Source: Mobula hypostoma
Taxonomy: Eukaryota
DNA length: 64,000 bases
Direction: 5' to 3'
Assembly (NCBI RefSeq): GCF_963921235.1
Contig: NC_086099.1
Location: 116,994,001 to 117,058,000, forward strand
Both the position numbers and the translations under genes were made by a program. The notes under the pieces are model-generated. The model worked only from the letters and a program-made list of their open reading frames with translations, was not told the origin of the DNA and made no database searches. Position 1 is the stretch's first letter; each line of letters begins with the position of its first letter. Of the stretch, positions 22,870 to 35,779 are shown one piece after another.

Positions 22870-23885
22870 TCTGGATCCTCAACTTCCTAACCAGAAAACC
22901 TCAGGCTGTGTGGATCGGAACTAACATCTTGACATTGCTAACAATGAACACTGGCAGTCCACAGGGATGTGTGCTTAGCCCCCTGCTTTATTGTCTCTAC
23001 ACCTATGACTGTGGTTAGGCATAGCTCAAACAGCATCTATAAATTTGCTGATGATACAATCATTGTTGGCAGAATTTCAGATGGTGACAAAAGGGTGTAC
23101 AGGAGCGAGATATACCAGTTAGTTGAGTGGTGTCCCAGCAACAAGCTTGCACTCAACAAGACCAAAGAGCTGATTGTGGACTTCAGAAAGGGTAAGATGA
23201 GGGAACACAAACCAATCCTCATAAAGGGATCAGAAGTGGAGAGAGTGAGCAATTTCAAGTTTCTAGGTATGTATATCTTTGAGGAGTTAACCTGGATGCG
23301 ACATATTGGTGCAGCTATAAGAAGATAAAACAACAGCTATATTAGGAGTTTGAGGAAATTTGGTTTGTCAACTAAAACTCAAACTTCTACAAGTACCTTG
23401 GATAGCTTTCTGACTGGCTGCATCACCATCTGATATGTGGGGATGAGGAGACACTACTGCTCAAGATTGAAATAAGTTGCAGAAACTTGTAAGATTAGTC
23501 AGCTTTGTCATGGGTATCAGCCTCCGTAGGTAGTCACCATGAGGTCTTCAAGGAGCTGTGTCACAGAAAGGCAGCGTCCGTCATTAGGGATCCCCACCAC
23601 CCAGTGCATGCTTTTATCACACTTGCTGTTGGGAAGGAGGTACAGACGCTTGAAGGCACAAACTCAGTGATTCAGGAACAGCCTCTTCAACTCTGCCATC
23701 TGGTGAACACATGAACACTACCTCTCTACGTTTTTATTTCTGTTACTTTGCACTACGTACTTATAATAGACATGCTAAATGTAACTCTGTTTTTCTCTAT
23801 ACTTATCATGTATTTCATTGTACTGCTGCCATAAAGCTAACGAATTTCACAGCACATGCAGGTGATTCAGATTCAGATTCTGATT
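22870..23885 (+). mobile_element. Rex1/Babar-like LINE 3' part (RT region to tail)
   Basis: IYKFADDTIIVG, NKTKELIVDFRK, VERVSNFKFLG; ends in a (GATTCA)n-like tail. Confidence 0.8.
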
Positions 23886-24509
23886 AAAAGATAATTTGCA
23901 GTAACCTAGCAGCACGAACCCAGAGCACCCACTGGAAACTCATGCAGTCACAATGAGAATATGCAAATCCCACATTCAGCAAATGGATTAGGATTGAATC
24001 CAGGTCTCTGAAGCAGTGAGGCAGCAGCACAAATTCCTGCACTGCTCTAGGTTTGCATTGAAAGAATTGTACGAAAAGAGCAGGCCGTGTCGGGGATGAG
24101 TGTAGAGGAAGTGAGTGTGAAAAGTATAATGTATTAAAAGGAAATTTGATGGGTGACAAGGGAAAGGAGGATATAGCGTGGGGAAAGCAAGTGTTTGGGG
24201 ACGGTGTCACGGCAGAGGAGAAGTAACCGTGTATTGGAGCGTTGAGGATAAATTTATGGTGTACAAATGATGTTTTTCAAATCATGACAAAAGGCCATTC
24301 AACTTATTAGGTTCAATTCTAGATCAGTACTGAGGGACCAAAGAAGGAACTGTCCTTTCAAATATCTAATCTGTGTAATTAATGAAGGTTCATTGATTAT
24401 TTGATAGGGAACTGTGATAATGCTATGATCAAATGTTATTAAAAATTGAAAATTATTTAGTTCAATATAAAATCGGGTTCTTAAAATCGTGAAGCAAATT
24501 ACAATCGTA

Positions 24510-27500
24510 GTTACTTCCTGTTAAACCTGTAGCACTTAGGGCATCAATGAAGGTCCTCCACCTCTGTCTGTACTTGGCCATCTTCTCTATTGTGCCCCAG
24601 GTGTGGTCCAACGACCTCATTTCTGCCCCAACTGGTACAGCGCCAAGTCGTCTTTAGCCTCCCGTGTGTCCTCCACCCTTCAGGGGTCCAATGAATTGCT
24701 GTCTTGATGGTGGAGTTGGCCTCTCTTCTCATCAGGTGCCCAGTCGGTCTCCAGTGTTTCCTCATGATGATTGTGGCCATGTTCTCTTGGTGACTCTGAA
24801 AGAGCAGACCGTGGTTGGAGAATTTCCTTGGCCAGAAAATACAGAGAATTTTCCACAGGTTCAAGGTGTGGAGTGAATACAGCTTGGCAAGGTTCTTCTC
24901 TGTTATGTGCCAACACCGATGCAAACAAGAGTGTGGACAGAACACAGCTCAGGTACAGCTTTACCTTGGTGTGAACACTGTAGTTGGTTGATCCCCGTAT
25001 GTTGCTCATTGATCTGAAGACTCTTCTTCATTTGCTGAGTCTGCACTGAATGTCATCCTTGGTCCCACCATCCAGCGGAATGCTGCTGCCCAGGGAGGTG
25101 AATCTGCAGAACGATGCTGCCCAGGGAGGTGAATCTGCAGGATGATGTTGCCCAGGGAGGTGAATCTGCAGAATGATGCTGCCCAGGGAGGTGAATCTGC
25201 TGAACGATGCTGCCCAGGGAGGTGAATCTGCAGGATAATGCTGCCCAGGGAGGTGAATCTGCTGAACGATGCTGCCCAGGGAGGTGAATTTGCTGAACGA
25301 TGCTGCCCAGGGAGGTGAATTTGCTGAACGATGCTGCCCAGGGAGGTGAATCTGCTGAACGATGCTGCCCAGAGAGGTGAATTTGCTGAACGATGCTGCC
25401 CAGGGAGGTAAATTTGCTGAACGATGCTGCCCAGGGAGGTGAATCTGCAGGATGATGCTGCCCAGGGAGGTGAATCTGCTGAACGATGCTGCCCAGAGAG
25501 GTGAATTTGCTGAACGATGCTGCCCAGGGAGGTGAATTTGCTGAACGATGCTGCCCAGGGAGGTAAATTTGCTGAACGATGCTGCCCAGGGAGATGAACC
25601 TGCAGGATGATGCTGCCCAGGTAGATGAATCTGCCACTGCTGGGTAACTCCACTATATGCCTTGACAGGAAGAGGAGACCCTACACAGACGCCATGGTGT
25701 CAGTCTTTCTCCGGCTGACTCTGTGTTCAACCTGTCCACTAAAGGTACACGGGCACTGCGTTTTCCCTTGTATGCGCTGGTGTGTATGTGATAATAATGT
25801 GAGGTCCTCAGCAAAGTCAAGGTTTTCTAAAGTAGAGAACCGAGTCCACCTAATGTGTCTCTGCTTATCTTTCATTGTTTGCCTCATAACCCAGTCAATC
25901 ACCAGGTTAAATAATATTGCCGACACCACTCAGCCTTGCCTGACTCCTGTCTTGACTCCAAAGCTCAGACTACAGTCCCCAACTGTGCAGGTGAAGTTAG
26001 CACAGAAACTCTGGATAAGCTGGACAATTTTGGAAGGCATCCCGTATAACCTGAGAATTCATCAGAGGCTCTTCCTGTGGATGCTATGAAAAGCCTTTTC
26101 AAAGTCCACAAAATTTACATGAAGTTGTCTCTGCCACTCTGTGATGTTACACACAGTGTTAAGATTTGGTAAACACAGCCTCCGTTCTCCTGAAGCCAGC
26201 TTGTTCTTTCCTCAAGCACATATTGACAGCAACCGCAGTCCTTTTGGACTATGACTTTGGCGATAATCTTGCTGTTGCAATCACTGTTGTTGCAATCACT
26301 TAGTGCTCCTTTCTTGGGGATCCTTACAATATCCCCCCTTTGTCCAGTTCTAGGGTACTTGTCCCCGTTCCCAGATTATCGTCAACGGTGGCTGCAGGAT
26401 GGCTGTTGCTACTTTTGGTTCAGTGTTCAAATTGTCATGTCCTGGAGCTTTGTTGTTGTTTAATGATTTAATCGGAGCACCAGTCTCTTCTTTCTTGGGT
26501 GGATCTGTGTTGATGTCGAGGTGCTCTGCTGCCTTGTGTATGTCAGGCTCCTCATTTGGTGATGGTCTACTCAGTGATTCTCTGAAGTACACCACCCATT
26601 GTATTTCTTGCTCCTTCTCAGTTGTCAAAAGCAGACCGTTCTTATCTGTCACAGGACCACTGGATCAGGCCTGGAATATTTCCACGTACAAGTTTTGAAA
26701 TTTTGTGTATATTTCCCTGATCACCTCAATTGGCTGCTGCTTCAGCCTCCTCTGCAAGGGCTTCCTTATCCTTTCTTGCATGCCTCTTCACTTTCTGGTT
26801 CTCTTCAGTATAGGCTGGTTTAAGTTTCTCCTTAATTCGTGTTGACTTGGCTTCTAACACTTGCTTCTTAATTTTCCGTTTTTCTTCTAAGGCTGTCCAT
26901 GTTTCCTGCGGTATCCATTCCTTGATCTTCTCTCCAGTTTTGTACACTAGACAAGCCTTGCTGCTCTCCTTGAAGATTGAGGCAATCTGTTTGCACATTT
27001 GTCAATGCAGTCTACTGACACACCCTTGTCAAGGTCTTGCAAGGCCTCGAATATGTTCTGAAGCTGAATGGTGAAGGCAGATGCTGTCCTTGAGGTTTTC
27101 AACATCAAAGCATCTTTGTGTATGTGTTCTGGTCCCAGTCCTTCTCAGTTTGAGTTTCATCACTGCTGATCACTTCCCGTATCTGCTCCTGTCTTCGCCT
27201 TTACACCCTGCAAAGATTGTCTCCACGCACCATTGATCGTTAAATGGTCAGTCTGATTCTTTTCATCTCAATTTTTGGAATGAGGATCCCTCTCATGATC
27301 AGATTGTTCATGGCACAGAATTCCACCAGTCTTTCACCATTGTTATTCATTGTTCCATCACTCGAGTGAAGAATGAGTTGTTACTTACCACTTTGGCATT
27401 TAGATCTCCCACGATGATGATCATGTCATGGCGAGGTGCTAACTCTACCTCCAACTGCTGTTCGTAAAAAACATCCTTTCCCTCAATGTCACTGTCGTTA

Positions 27501-28175
27501 GTTGGAGCACAGCACCAGATCGTAGTCATATTCATTTGTTTCCCTTTCAGCCTCCTGCTGATTGGTTTCCAGTCCAGCAAGCACTTTTCAATGCCTTTCT
27601 TCAAAGTGACAGCCACACCACTATGACGCTGACCACCTTCCCTTCCTGAGTATAAAACTGTTTCACCAGTTGCCGCTTTTAGTCTGTCAGACCTGTCCAT
27701 GTGCTTTCGCTTTTTTGTAGGTTGTAACAACACATTTCTGCATTTCTGCACTGTTTTGTTCTAGCTTGCCAATGGTTCGAACATTTCAAAAAAAAAGGTT
27801 TGGTGTTTATCTTGGCAGTGTTCAAGGCTCCCTCCATCATGCCTGTGACTTCCTCATGGTTTACACTACTGTCAGTCATCAAATCCTGGGGGGAGACTCA
27901 GAAATACTGTCGCATACAGATATAGAATTCTTCATTGCTGTTTCCATGACCATTTTTTTTAACCATTCAGGGTTGTTAGCCCCGAGCTGAACCCCTGAAC
28001 CTGGAGGATCGGTTGGCCACTCTGAGTCTGATCTCTACCCTTTGACCTGTTTGCCATGGGTGACCCTACCCAGGGTCAAAGCACAAGGCCCTGACTCCAA
28101 CCAGCATAGCTATTTGGGTCACTGAGGCACGCAAGCCTCCAGACCCTACGATGAGGTTGTGGTCTTCTTGGAGGA
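24510..28175 (-). mobile_element. Apparently full-length decayed RTE-clade LINE
   Basis: Endonuclease motifs (VLYSG, APTN, IIVGDLNAKV; ORF 27347-27751), NKAPGHD, SAILFNLVIDWVM...LDFAEDL (RT), FIYLGS, TKVKLYLSCVLSTLL, WTPEG...TTWR; non-coding 5' region at ~27960-28175. Confidence 0.85.
25079..25635. repeat. 31-bp minisatellite, 18 copies, inside the RTE ORF
   Basis: Unit TGCTGCCCAGGGAGGTGAATCTGCTGAACGA; 18 CCCAG cores counted. Confidence 0.95.
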
Positions 28176-28314
28176 AATTGCAAAGGTAAGTGGTGTGCAT
28201 TAGCTCTTGCATTAAAAACACAGCAATTAAACAGGGAATGACCAACTTTAATCAACACACTGGTTGTAAATATTAAATGTTTAGAACCGTGACTATCAAG
28301 AAATGTTATTTCAG

Positions 28315-30700
28315 AGAAACATAGAAACATAGAAAATAGGTGCAGGAGTAGGCCATTCGGCCCTTCGAGCCTGCACCGCCATTTATTATGATCATGGCTG
28401 ATCATCCAACTCAGAACCCCGCCCCAGCCTTCCCTCCATACCCCCTGACCCCTGTAGCCACAAGGGCCATATCTAACTCCCTCTTAAACATAGCCAATGA
28501 ACTGGCCTCAACAGTTTCCTGTGGCAGAGAATTCCACAGATTCACCACTCTCTGTGTGAAGAAGTTTTTCCTAATCTCGGTCCTAAAAGGCTTCCCCTCT
28601 ATCCTCAAACTGTGACCCCTCGTTCTGGACTTCCCCAACATCGGGAACAATCTTCCTGCATCTAGCCTGTCCAATCCCTTTAGGATCTTATACGTTTCAA
28701 TCAGATCCCCCCTCAATCTTCTAAATTTCAACAAGTACAAGCCCAGTTCATCCAGTCTTTCTTCATATGAAAGTCCTGCCATCCCAGGAATCAATCTGGT
28801 GAACCTTCTTTGTACTCCCTCTATGGCAAAGATGTCTTTCCTCAGGTTAGGGGACCAAAACTGCACACAATACTCCAGGTGTGGTCTCACCAAGGCCTTG
28901 TACAACTGCAGTAGTACCTCCCTGCTCCTGTACTCGAATCCTCTCGCTATAAATGCCAGCATACCATTCGTCTTTTTCACCGCCTGCTGTACCTGCATGC
29001 CCACTTTCAATGACTGGTGTATAATGACACCCAGGTCTCGTTGCACCTCCCCTTTTCCTAATCAGCCACCATTCAGATAATAATCTGTTTTCCTATTTTT
29101 GCCACCAAAGTGGATAACTTCACATTTATCCACATTAAATTGCATCTGCCATGAGTTTGCCCACTCACCCAACCTATCCAAGTCACCCTGCATCCTCTTA
29201 GCATCCTCCTCACTGCTAACACTGCCACCCAGCTTCGTGTCATCCGCAAACTTGGAGCTGCTGCATTTAATTCCCTCATCCAAGTCATTAATATATATTG
29301 TAAACAACTGGGGTCCCAGCACTGAGCCTTGCGGTACCCCACTGGTCACCGCCTGCCATTCTGAAAAGGTCCCGTTTATTCCCACTCTTTGCTTCCTGTC
29401 TGCTAACCAATTCTCCACCCACACCAATACCTTACCCCCAATACCGTGTGCTGTAAGTTTGCACACTAATCTCCTGTGTGGGACCTTGTCAAAAGCCTTT
29501 TGAAAATCCAAATATACCACATCCACTGGTTCTCCCCTATCCACTCTACTAGTTACATCCTCAAAAAATTCTATGAGATTCGTCAGACATGATTTTTCTT
29601 TCACAAATCCGTGCTGACTTTGTCCGATCATTTCACCGCTTTCCAAATGTGCTGTTATCACATCCTTGATAACAGACTCCAGCAGTTTCCCCACCACCGA
29701 CGTTAGGCTAACCGGTCTATAATTCCCCGGTTTCTCTCTCCCTCCGTTTTTAAAAAGTGGGGTTACATTAGCCACCCTCCAACCCTCAGGAACTAGTCCA
29801 GAATCTAACGAGTTTTGAAAAATTATCACTAATGCATCCACTATTTCTTGGGCTACTTCCTTAAGCACTCTGGGATGCAGACCATCTGGCCCTGGGGATT
29901 TATCTGCCTTCAATCCCTTCAATTTACCTAACACCACTTCCCTACTAACATGTATTTCACTCAGTTCCTCCATCTCACTGGACCCTCTGTCCCTTACTAT
30001 TTCTGGAAGATTATTTATGTCCTCCTTAGTGAAGACAGAACCAAAGTAATTATTCAATTGGTCTGCCATGTCCTTGCTCCCTATAATCAATTCACCTGTT
30101 TCTGTCTGCAGGGGACCTACATTTGTCTTTACCAGTCTTTTCCTTTTTACATATCTATAAAAGCTTTTACAGTCCGTTTTTATGTTCCCTGCCAGTTTTC
30201 TCTCATAATCTTTTTTCCCCTTCCTAATTAAGCCCTTTGTCCTCTTCTGCTGAACTCTGAATTTCTCCCAGTCCTCAGGTGAGCCACTTTCTCTGGCTAA
30301 TTTGTATGCTTCTTCTTTGGAATTGATACTATCCCTAATTTCTCTTGTCAGCCACGGGTGCACTACCTTCCTTTATTTATTCTTTTGCCAAACTGGGATG
30401 AACAATTGTTGTAGTTCATCCATGCAACCTTTAAATGCTTGCCATTGCATATCCACCATCAATCCTTTAAGTGTCATTTGCCAGTCTATCTTAGCTAATT
30501 CACGTCTCATACCTTCAAAGTTACCCCTCTTTAAGTTCAGAACCTTTGTTTCTGAATTAACTATGTCACTCTCCATCTTAATGAAGAATTCCACCATATT
30601 ATGGTCACTCTTACCCAAGGGGCCTCTCACGACAAGATTGCTAATTAACCCTTCCTCATCGCTCAAAACCCAGTCCAGAATAGCCTGCTCTCTAGTTGGT
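28315..30700 (-). mobile_element. Young 5'-truncated CR1 LINE (ORF2 with RT and 3' tail)
   Basis: ORFs 30373-30666, 29062-30363 and 28411-29046 are one frame broken by only two stops; KSPGPDG, NYRPVSLTS, YLDFQKAFDKV, GVPQGSVLGP, KFADD; (TTTCTATG)n tail at ~28315-28339. Confidence 0.95.
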
Positions 30701-30799
30701 TTCTTTGTATTGTGTTCTTTCTTGTAAAGATCGTGTGTAATTTATCTTGTAAATTCTGCTTATACGAGCTGAGACGGCCGTGCTGTTGCAGGTAAGTGC

Positions 30800-31028
30800 T
30801 GGAGCACACGGGATCAACGATACGTCACCGCATCCGGAGGCCAACGTCAGCGCGTCCCGCCGGACGTCAAACCCGGAAAAGTTTGCCCGAGACCCGGAAG
30901 TGACGAGCAGGGGGTTGCGGGGAACGGATGAACTGGTCGCCGGCCTGGGGCAGGGTGACGGGTCAGTTCGGGTCGGAACTATTCTCTGGACGGCCATCGG
31001 CGCCCACAGGCACTCTCGCCACACTTGG
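30800..31028 (+). promoter_or_regulatory. CpG-rich promoter and probable non-coding exon 1 of ADIPOR1
   Basis: High CpG density; CCGGAAGTGACG (ETS plus CRE half-site) at 30894-30905; ACGTCA half-sites at ~30822, ~30844 and ~30864; donor TGG|GTAAGG at 31028/31029. Confidence 0.65.
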
Positions 31029-32567
31029 GTAAGGTTGCAAGCTGCAGGGAAAGCAGTGCGGGAGATCAGGAACCGAGATGCAACGCAGAGAGGGTCGGAT
31101 GTATGTGTGTGTCGGGGGGTGGGGGAAGGTGTTAACGGTCCGATCGGATCAAAGAGTGCAAATGCCGACGTTGGAAATCTGAAGCGAAGGCAGCAAATGC
31201 TGAGAGTACTCAGCTGATCAGATAGCGTATGTGGAGAGAGAAACAATTCCCGTCTCAGCGCGACGACCCTTCTGGTCGCTGGTCGGTGGTCGGCTGTCTT
31301 CCACAGACGTTGCCTGGGCTGCTGAATGTCTCCAGTACCTTCTGCACGGTTCAGGGGTGGTTGGGATGATCGCAGAGAACCAGGTGGATATACTTTTCTT
31401 CGGTTTCCAGAAGACATTTGATGAGGTGCCACAACAGAGGTGATTTCTAGAAAGTATAAGCTTACTTGAAGGTGAAGGTAGTTCGGATGGAAGAGTGGCC
31501 AGCCAAAGAGTAGGCATTAGTGGGACTGTTCAACTTGGCAATAAATTATGTAAATATTGAAACCATGTTTGCGAGACTTCTGGGTGACGTGTTTTGGAGA
31601 ACACGCAAGGATATGGAAATTGAAAACGGAGTGGGCAAAAATATCTCAAATGCAATAATATGAGGAAAATATGACACTTCCATTATGGTAGGAAACATAA
31701 CAATGAGATTGCGTAGGTTTGATGTACAAGAGATATTTCCTCTTGTGAGAATATTTGGAGTTAGGTGTCCCCTATATAAGGCAGTTTTTGTCCTTTCAAA
31801 AGCCAGTGAGAGCAGAGTCTTATGATACGTTAGAATCAGATAAATCCTGGATTGAGGTGGGGGTGGATGATAAAGGGTTACTTTGTACAGAAAGGGCCAC
31901 AGAGTTGTGTTTAAAATCAGTCAGGCATGACCTTGTGAAATAGTACAATTGGCCTGGAGGGTAGAAACCTAACTACTAATTTGTAAATTACAGAGAAGGA
32001 GGATTAAATTGAGGGTGGAGGGTTCAGATATTTGAGGATATGACTAATAGGACAGATTATGAAAAGCAATTAATGTGTATTTTATATGTTCAGAAGGCAT
32101 ACATTGTCCCTAGTCGGGAGGTTAGTCAGTAAGGTTCTAGCACAGAGAATAGAGGGTACATACTGACAGATTGAGAACTACATTAAATATCATCTTGATG
32201 AATGGTGCAAAAGGTTTAAAGAGACAAATATGATTCCCGCTCCTGCTTCCTTTGGTTTTATGTTATAAGTTGGGTTGTAAGGTGCTCGGCTGCAGAAGGT
32301 GGCACAGCCAATGGCTGTCAGAAAGTTGGGAGTGAACTCAAATGTCAGAATCTTATTGGTCTAATGTAGGGCTTAATCTGCATCCAATTACACGTCAATG
32401 TTATTGACAGCTCGTGGCCATGCTGGACAAGCCCTTGGAATTAATTGGGTTGAGGTGCCAGGATTTGACTAAATGGGGAATGTAAGGATGTGCAGGAGTA
32501 ATGAGTGTGCCCTCACTTTCCTGGTTTGCTGTTTTACTCTAGGTAGAGGGCTTGGAGTGCAGCGTCC

Positions 32568-32696
32568 ATGTCTGTCCAGAGGTCAGCGAGTGAAGTGTGT
32601 GGGGCATCCAGTGACGGCGGCCAGGCAAGCAACATTGAACTAACTGAACTGCTGGATGACAAGCCCAAGCCCCAGGCCGGTGGGAACTCTGCAGTT
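32568..32696 (+). CDS. ADIPOR1: Adiponectin receptor 1, first coding exon
   Basis: Acceptor TTTTACTCTAG (exon starts ~32543), ATG at 32568, MSVQRS...IELTELLDDKPK... (compare human VELAELGPLLEEKGK), donor GTT|GTAAGT, phase 0. Confidence 0.8.
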
Positions 32697-33545
32697 GTAA
32701 GTGCCTTTGGCGTAAGTGTGGGGTGTCGTCGGGGCAACGGGGACAATGCAGGGAATCCAAACATTTCTAGTTTATATTCTTAGTTTTTTGAGTACGTCTG
32801 TTTGATGTTGCCGCACAACAGGCTTGAGCTTGCTGATTTTAAATTATTTTCCCATGGTTGACATTAGATTCCGTGCTGCTATGGCCAACACTTGCAAGCA
32901 GAATGGATCCTGTTTGAGGTTGGTCGGTGTACAGCAGAGGCGAGATCAGTATGCATTCTGGCAGTGGGCTGTAATGCATCAGATAGATAGCCCAGTGACG
33001 AATCATTTTCATATCTTTCCACTTTATGGGTTAGAGTAAAAGTTCTATTTCTCTCCCTGTTTTGAACCCTGACCCGATTCTCCGCCAGTATGTTTACAGA
33101 AGAAATGTTAGTTGAGCAGCCAAGGATTTCAGAAGCAGGCACTGCTATTCAGACATCTAGACTCAACATCTAGTTACAACCTGATAATGAACTTGTTGCA
33201 GTAGATGAGTTCAGTGTGTTACAGGGTTGTGTAGTTCCACTGGGATCAGTAAGGGCTGCTGTGCATTTGACATCTGTGCTTGAGAGTAATTTGACCCTAC
33301 CATGATCTGTGCTTTAAGTGTGTGTCAAGTCAGACAGTTTGAGCTGTACTGGTGCAGTCCTCTCTGGTTGTCTGAGGTTTTCCACAGTTCTGCTATTAAG
33401 CATGATTAGCCCAATCTTGAGACCTGAGCACGTTTAGGGCTGAAACTCCAGTGCAGTTCTCAGAATTGCGAGAGCAAAGTAATGCGTCACTGGTATGTTG
33501 AACAAGGCTTAGCCTGCTCTGATGGCAGAAACAAAAAGTATCACC

Positions 33546-34060
33546 TGTGGCAGTACCTCCAGTTGAACTCTTGTCTTTTTGTGTGTTTCCCCCTAGTCAT
33601 CAGTCTGTGGTTTTGTATTGCCATGTGTTCTTGTTTGTTTTCATGCCCCATGTGCTTCTGTCCCTGCTCCTGCTCTGCTCCAGCCCCTGTATTACTGAGT
33701 ACTCCGGCTCTCACCTGTTTTGCTGCCACTTCTGTCTCATTGTGCTCCATCTATCATCTGCCTCTCTGTTTATTACTCAGTGTATTTCAGTCCTGTGTGT
33801 TCACCTGTTTGTTGCCAGATTGTGCCAGTGAATTTTCCTGAGCCTTTCCAGCATTCGTATCTGAACTCTGTCCGTCTGAATATCGAACTCTGCCTGTTTC
33901 CCGATTCTGGTGTTTGGATTTCTCTGGAACTTTTGATCTCCGCCTGAACTTCTACGCCAACTTTGTTGCCCCTCTGGATTTGCTACTCAGTAAATATCAC
34001 AGTGCGCACAGTACCTGGTCTGTGATTGGCTCCCTGCTTCAATGTTCTGACAGCCTGACA
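33546..34060 (+). mobile_element. Possible solo LTR
   Basis: TGTGG start, TGACA end, AGTAAA near the 3' end; no clear TSD. Confidence 0.35.
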
Positions 34061-34362
34061 CAATTTGAAGAGCGTACAAACCATCTCTGCTATTCTGACA
34101 TTAGTCTTGGGTCCCACTCCACTAGATTCAGGAACAGTTATTACCCTATAACCATCAGGCTCCTGAACCAACGTGAATAACTTCATTCATACTACTAGGA
34201 GCTGATTTTACCACCTATGGACTCACTTTGAAGGACCCTTTACAACTCATATTCTCAGTATTATTTTTTATTTGGACAGCTTGTCTTCCTTTGCACATTG
34301 GTTGTTTGTCAGTCTTTGTTTATGTGTAGTTTGTCATTAAATTTTATTGTATTATTGTAATC

Positions 34363-35181
34363 TGTGAAACCCCCTTTTACTGGGCGTCTCTGAAAATACG
34401 GCTCGTCTGCCTCTCGCTAAAAGCCACTGGATTCCGTGGCGAGACACCCATCGTTTTCAGGCTCTGCGCATCGAGGGTATATATGACTTTGGTCCTGCCA
34501 AACCCCTGGGGTAGGAATGTCTCACCCACCCAAACCCAGGTTTGTGTGAATGCTGTGTCATTTACTGCCCCCAGTAATCGCCCGTTGGCAAGAAATAACA
34601 GATCGCGCACTGTATGCAATTACTCAGAAATATATTTAAGAAGGTTAACTTAACCAGTTATTAAAGGAAAGAAAGAAACAGCACTATACTTAACCAGTCA
34701 CATGTGCACGGTGGAGCTCAAATCTTGGACTTGTCTGTAAAGCACGCACTGAACCCTTGGTCTGTGTGAAAAGACACACCACCTTCCGAATGTCGTACAA
34801 AATCCATCTCGAACAAACGGGCTCGCCTGCAGGGGTATTAGTCCTTCTTCCTGGAACCCGTTCATCTGCACAAAGCACCTTGTGCAACAGGGACAGCATC
34901 CTGAGCGATTTTCCCTCCTGTCTTCTCCCATCTCTTCCCAACAAAGCCTCACACCAGTGTCCCTCGCAAAAATCTCCCCCCTCCCCCCCCCCAACGTTCT
35001 CTAGAACCTTCTCCCAATTCCACCATCCTGACTGGCTGACACCACATTCCTAAGTTGAACAGCAAAGCCTCCTATCTCAGCTCAAACCCAAACAGGCGGA
35101 AAGCAGAACAGACTGCTCTTACAGACCTGCATAACAAATAAGTACAGCATAGCAGTAAAAATCTGAACCAGGGCGTTTCAC
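34363..35181 (-). mobile_element. Probable solo LTR inserted in a Rex1-like 3' tail
   Basis: Inverted termini TGTGAAACCCCC / GGGCGTTTCAC; the flanks (~34107-34360 and ~35182-35240) look like two halves of one LINE tail. Confidence 0.5.
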
Positions 35182-35779
35182 CTGCAAAAGAATGACTCTC
35201 AGGGTCATGTATACATAGTTTGGTAATAAATTTACTTTCAATGATGTTGTTTTGATTGTACTGCTGCACTTAAACCAGAACTGAGAGTAGTACAGGCCCT
35301 TCGGCCCACGATGTCTGTTGACAAAATGCCAATTTAAGCTGATCCCATGTGCCTGTACGTTACCATTCCCTGCATGTTGATATTGTCTGTCTAAATGCCT
35401 CTTTAACACTACTATCTCATTTGTCTCACATGGCAGTGTGTTCCAGGTGCCGACTACTCCGTTTATTAAAAAAATACTTGTCCTCCACCTCTTCCTTAAA
35501 TGTTCCTCTCTGTCCTTACTCTGAGTGGTATGGTGTAACTTGCTCAAAGAGTTTTCTGCTCCCTTCATGTCTCAGTCGTTGAAGCTGCTGCCTTCTCATC
35601 ACTGGTCTGCAGATACAAGGCTTCCCGGCTGGGTTCCACGTTAACTGGTCCAAACTGGACCAATGATTGACTTGCAACATCTGCAGGACCTTTGCCCAGG
35701 CCTGGATCCTGTATCCTTGGAATGACGGGAGAATCTGTCAGACTGTTTTGACATTCCTGTTTCCTCAGGATTGGGGGGA

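Noticed and set aside
25079-25635. CRISPR-like periodicity or repeat-protein ORFs
   Set aside because: Units are directly tandem with no unique spacers, the context is eukaryotic, and the unit derives from the RTE ORF.
30692-31432. 246-aa minus-strand ORF over the ADIPOR1 promoter
   Set aside because: Stop-poor GC-rich CpG island plus repeat fragments; no domain recognisable.
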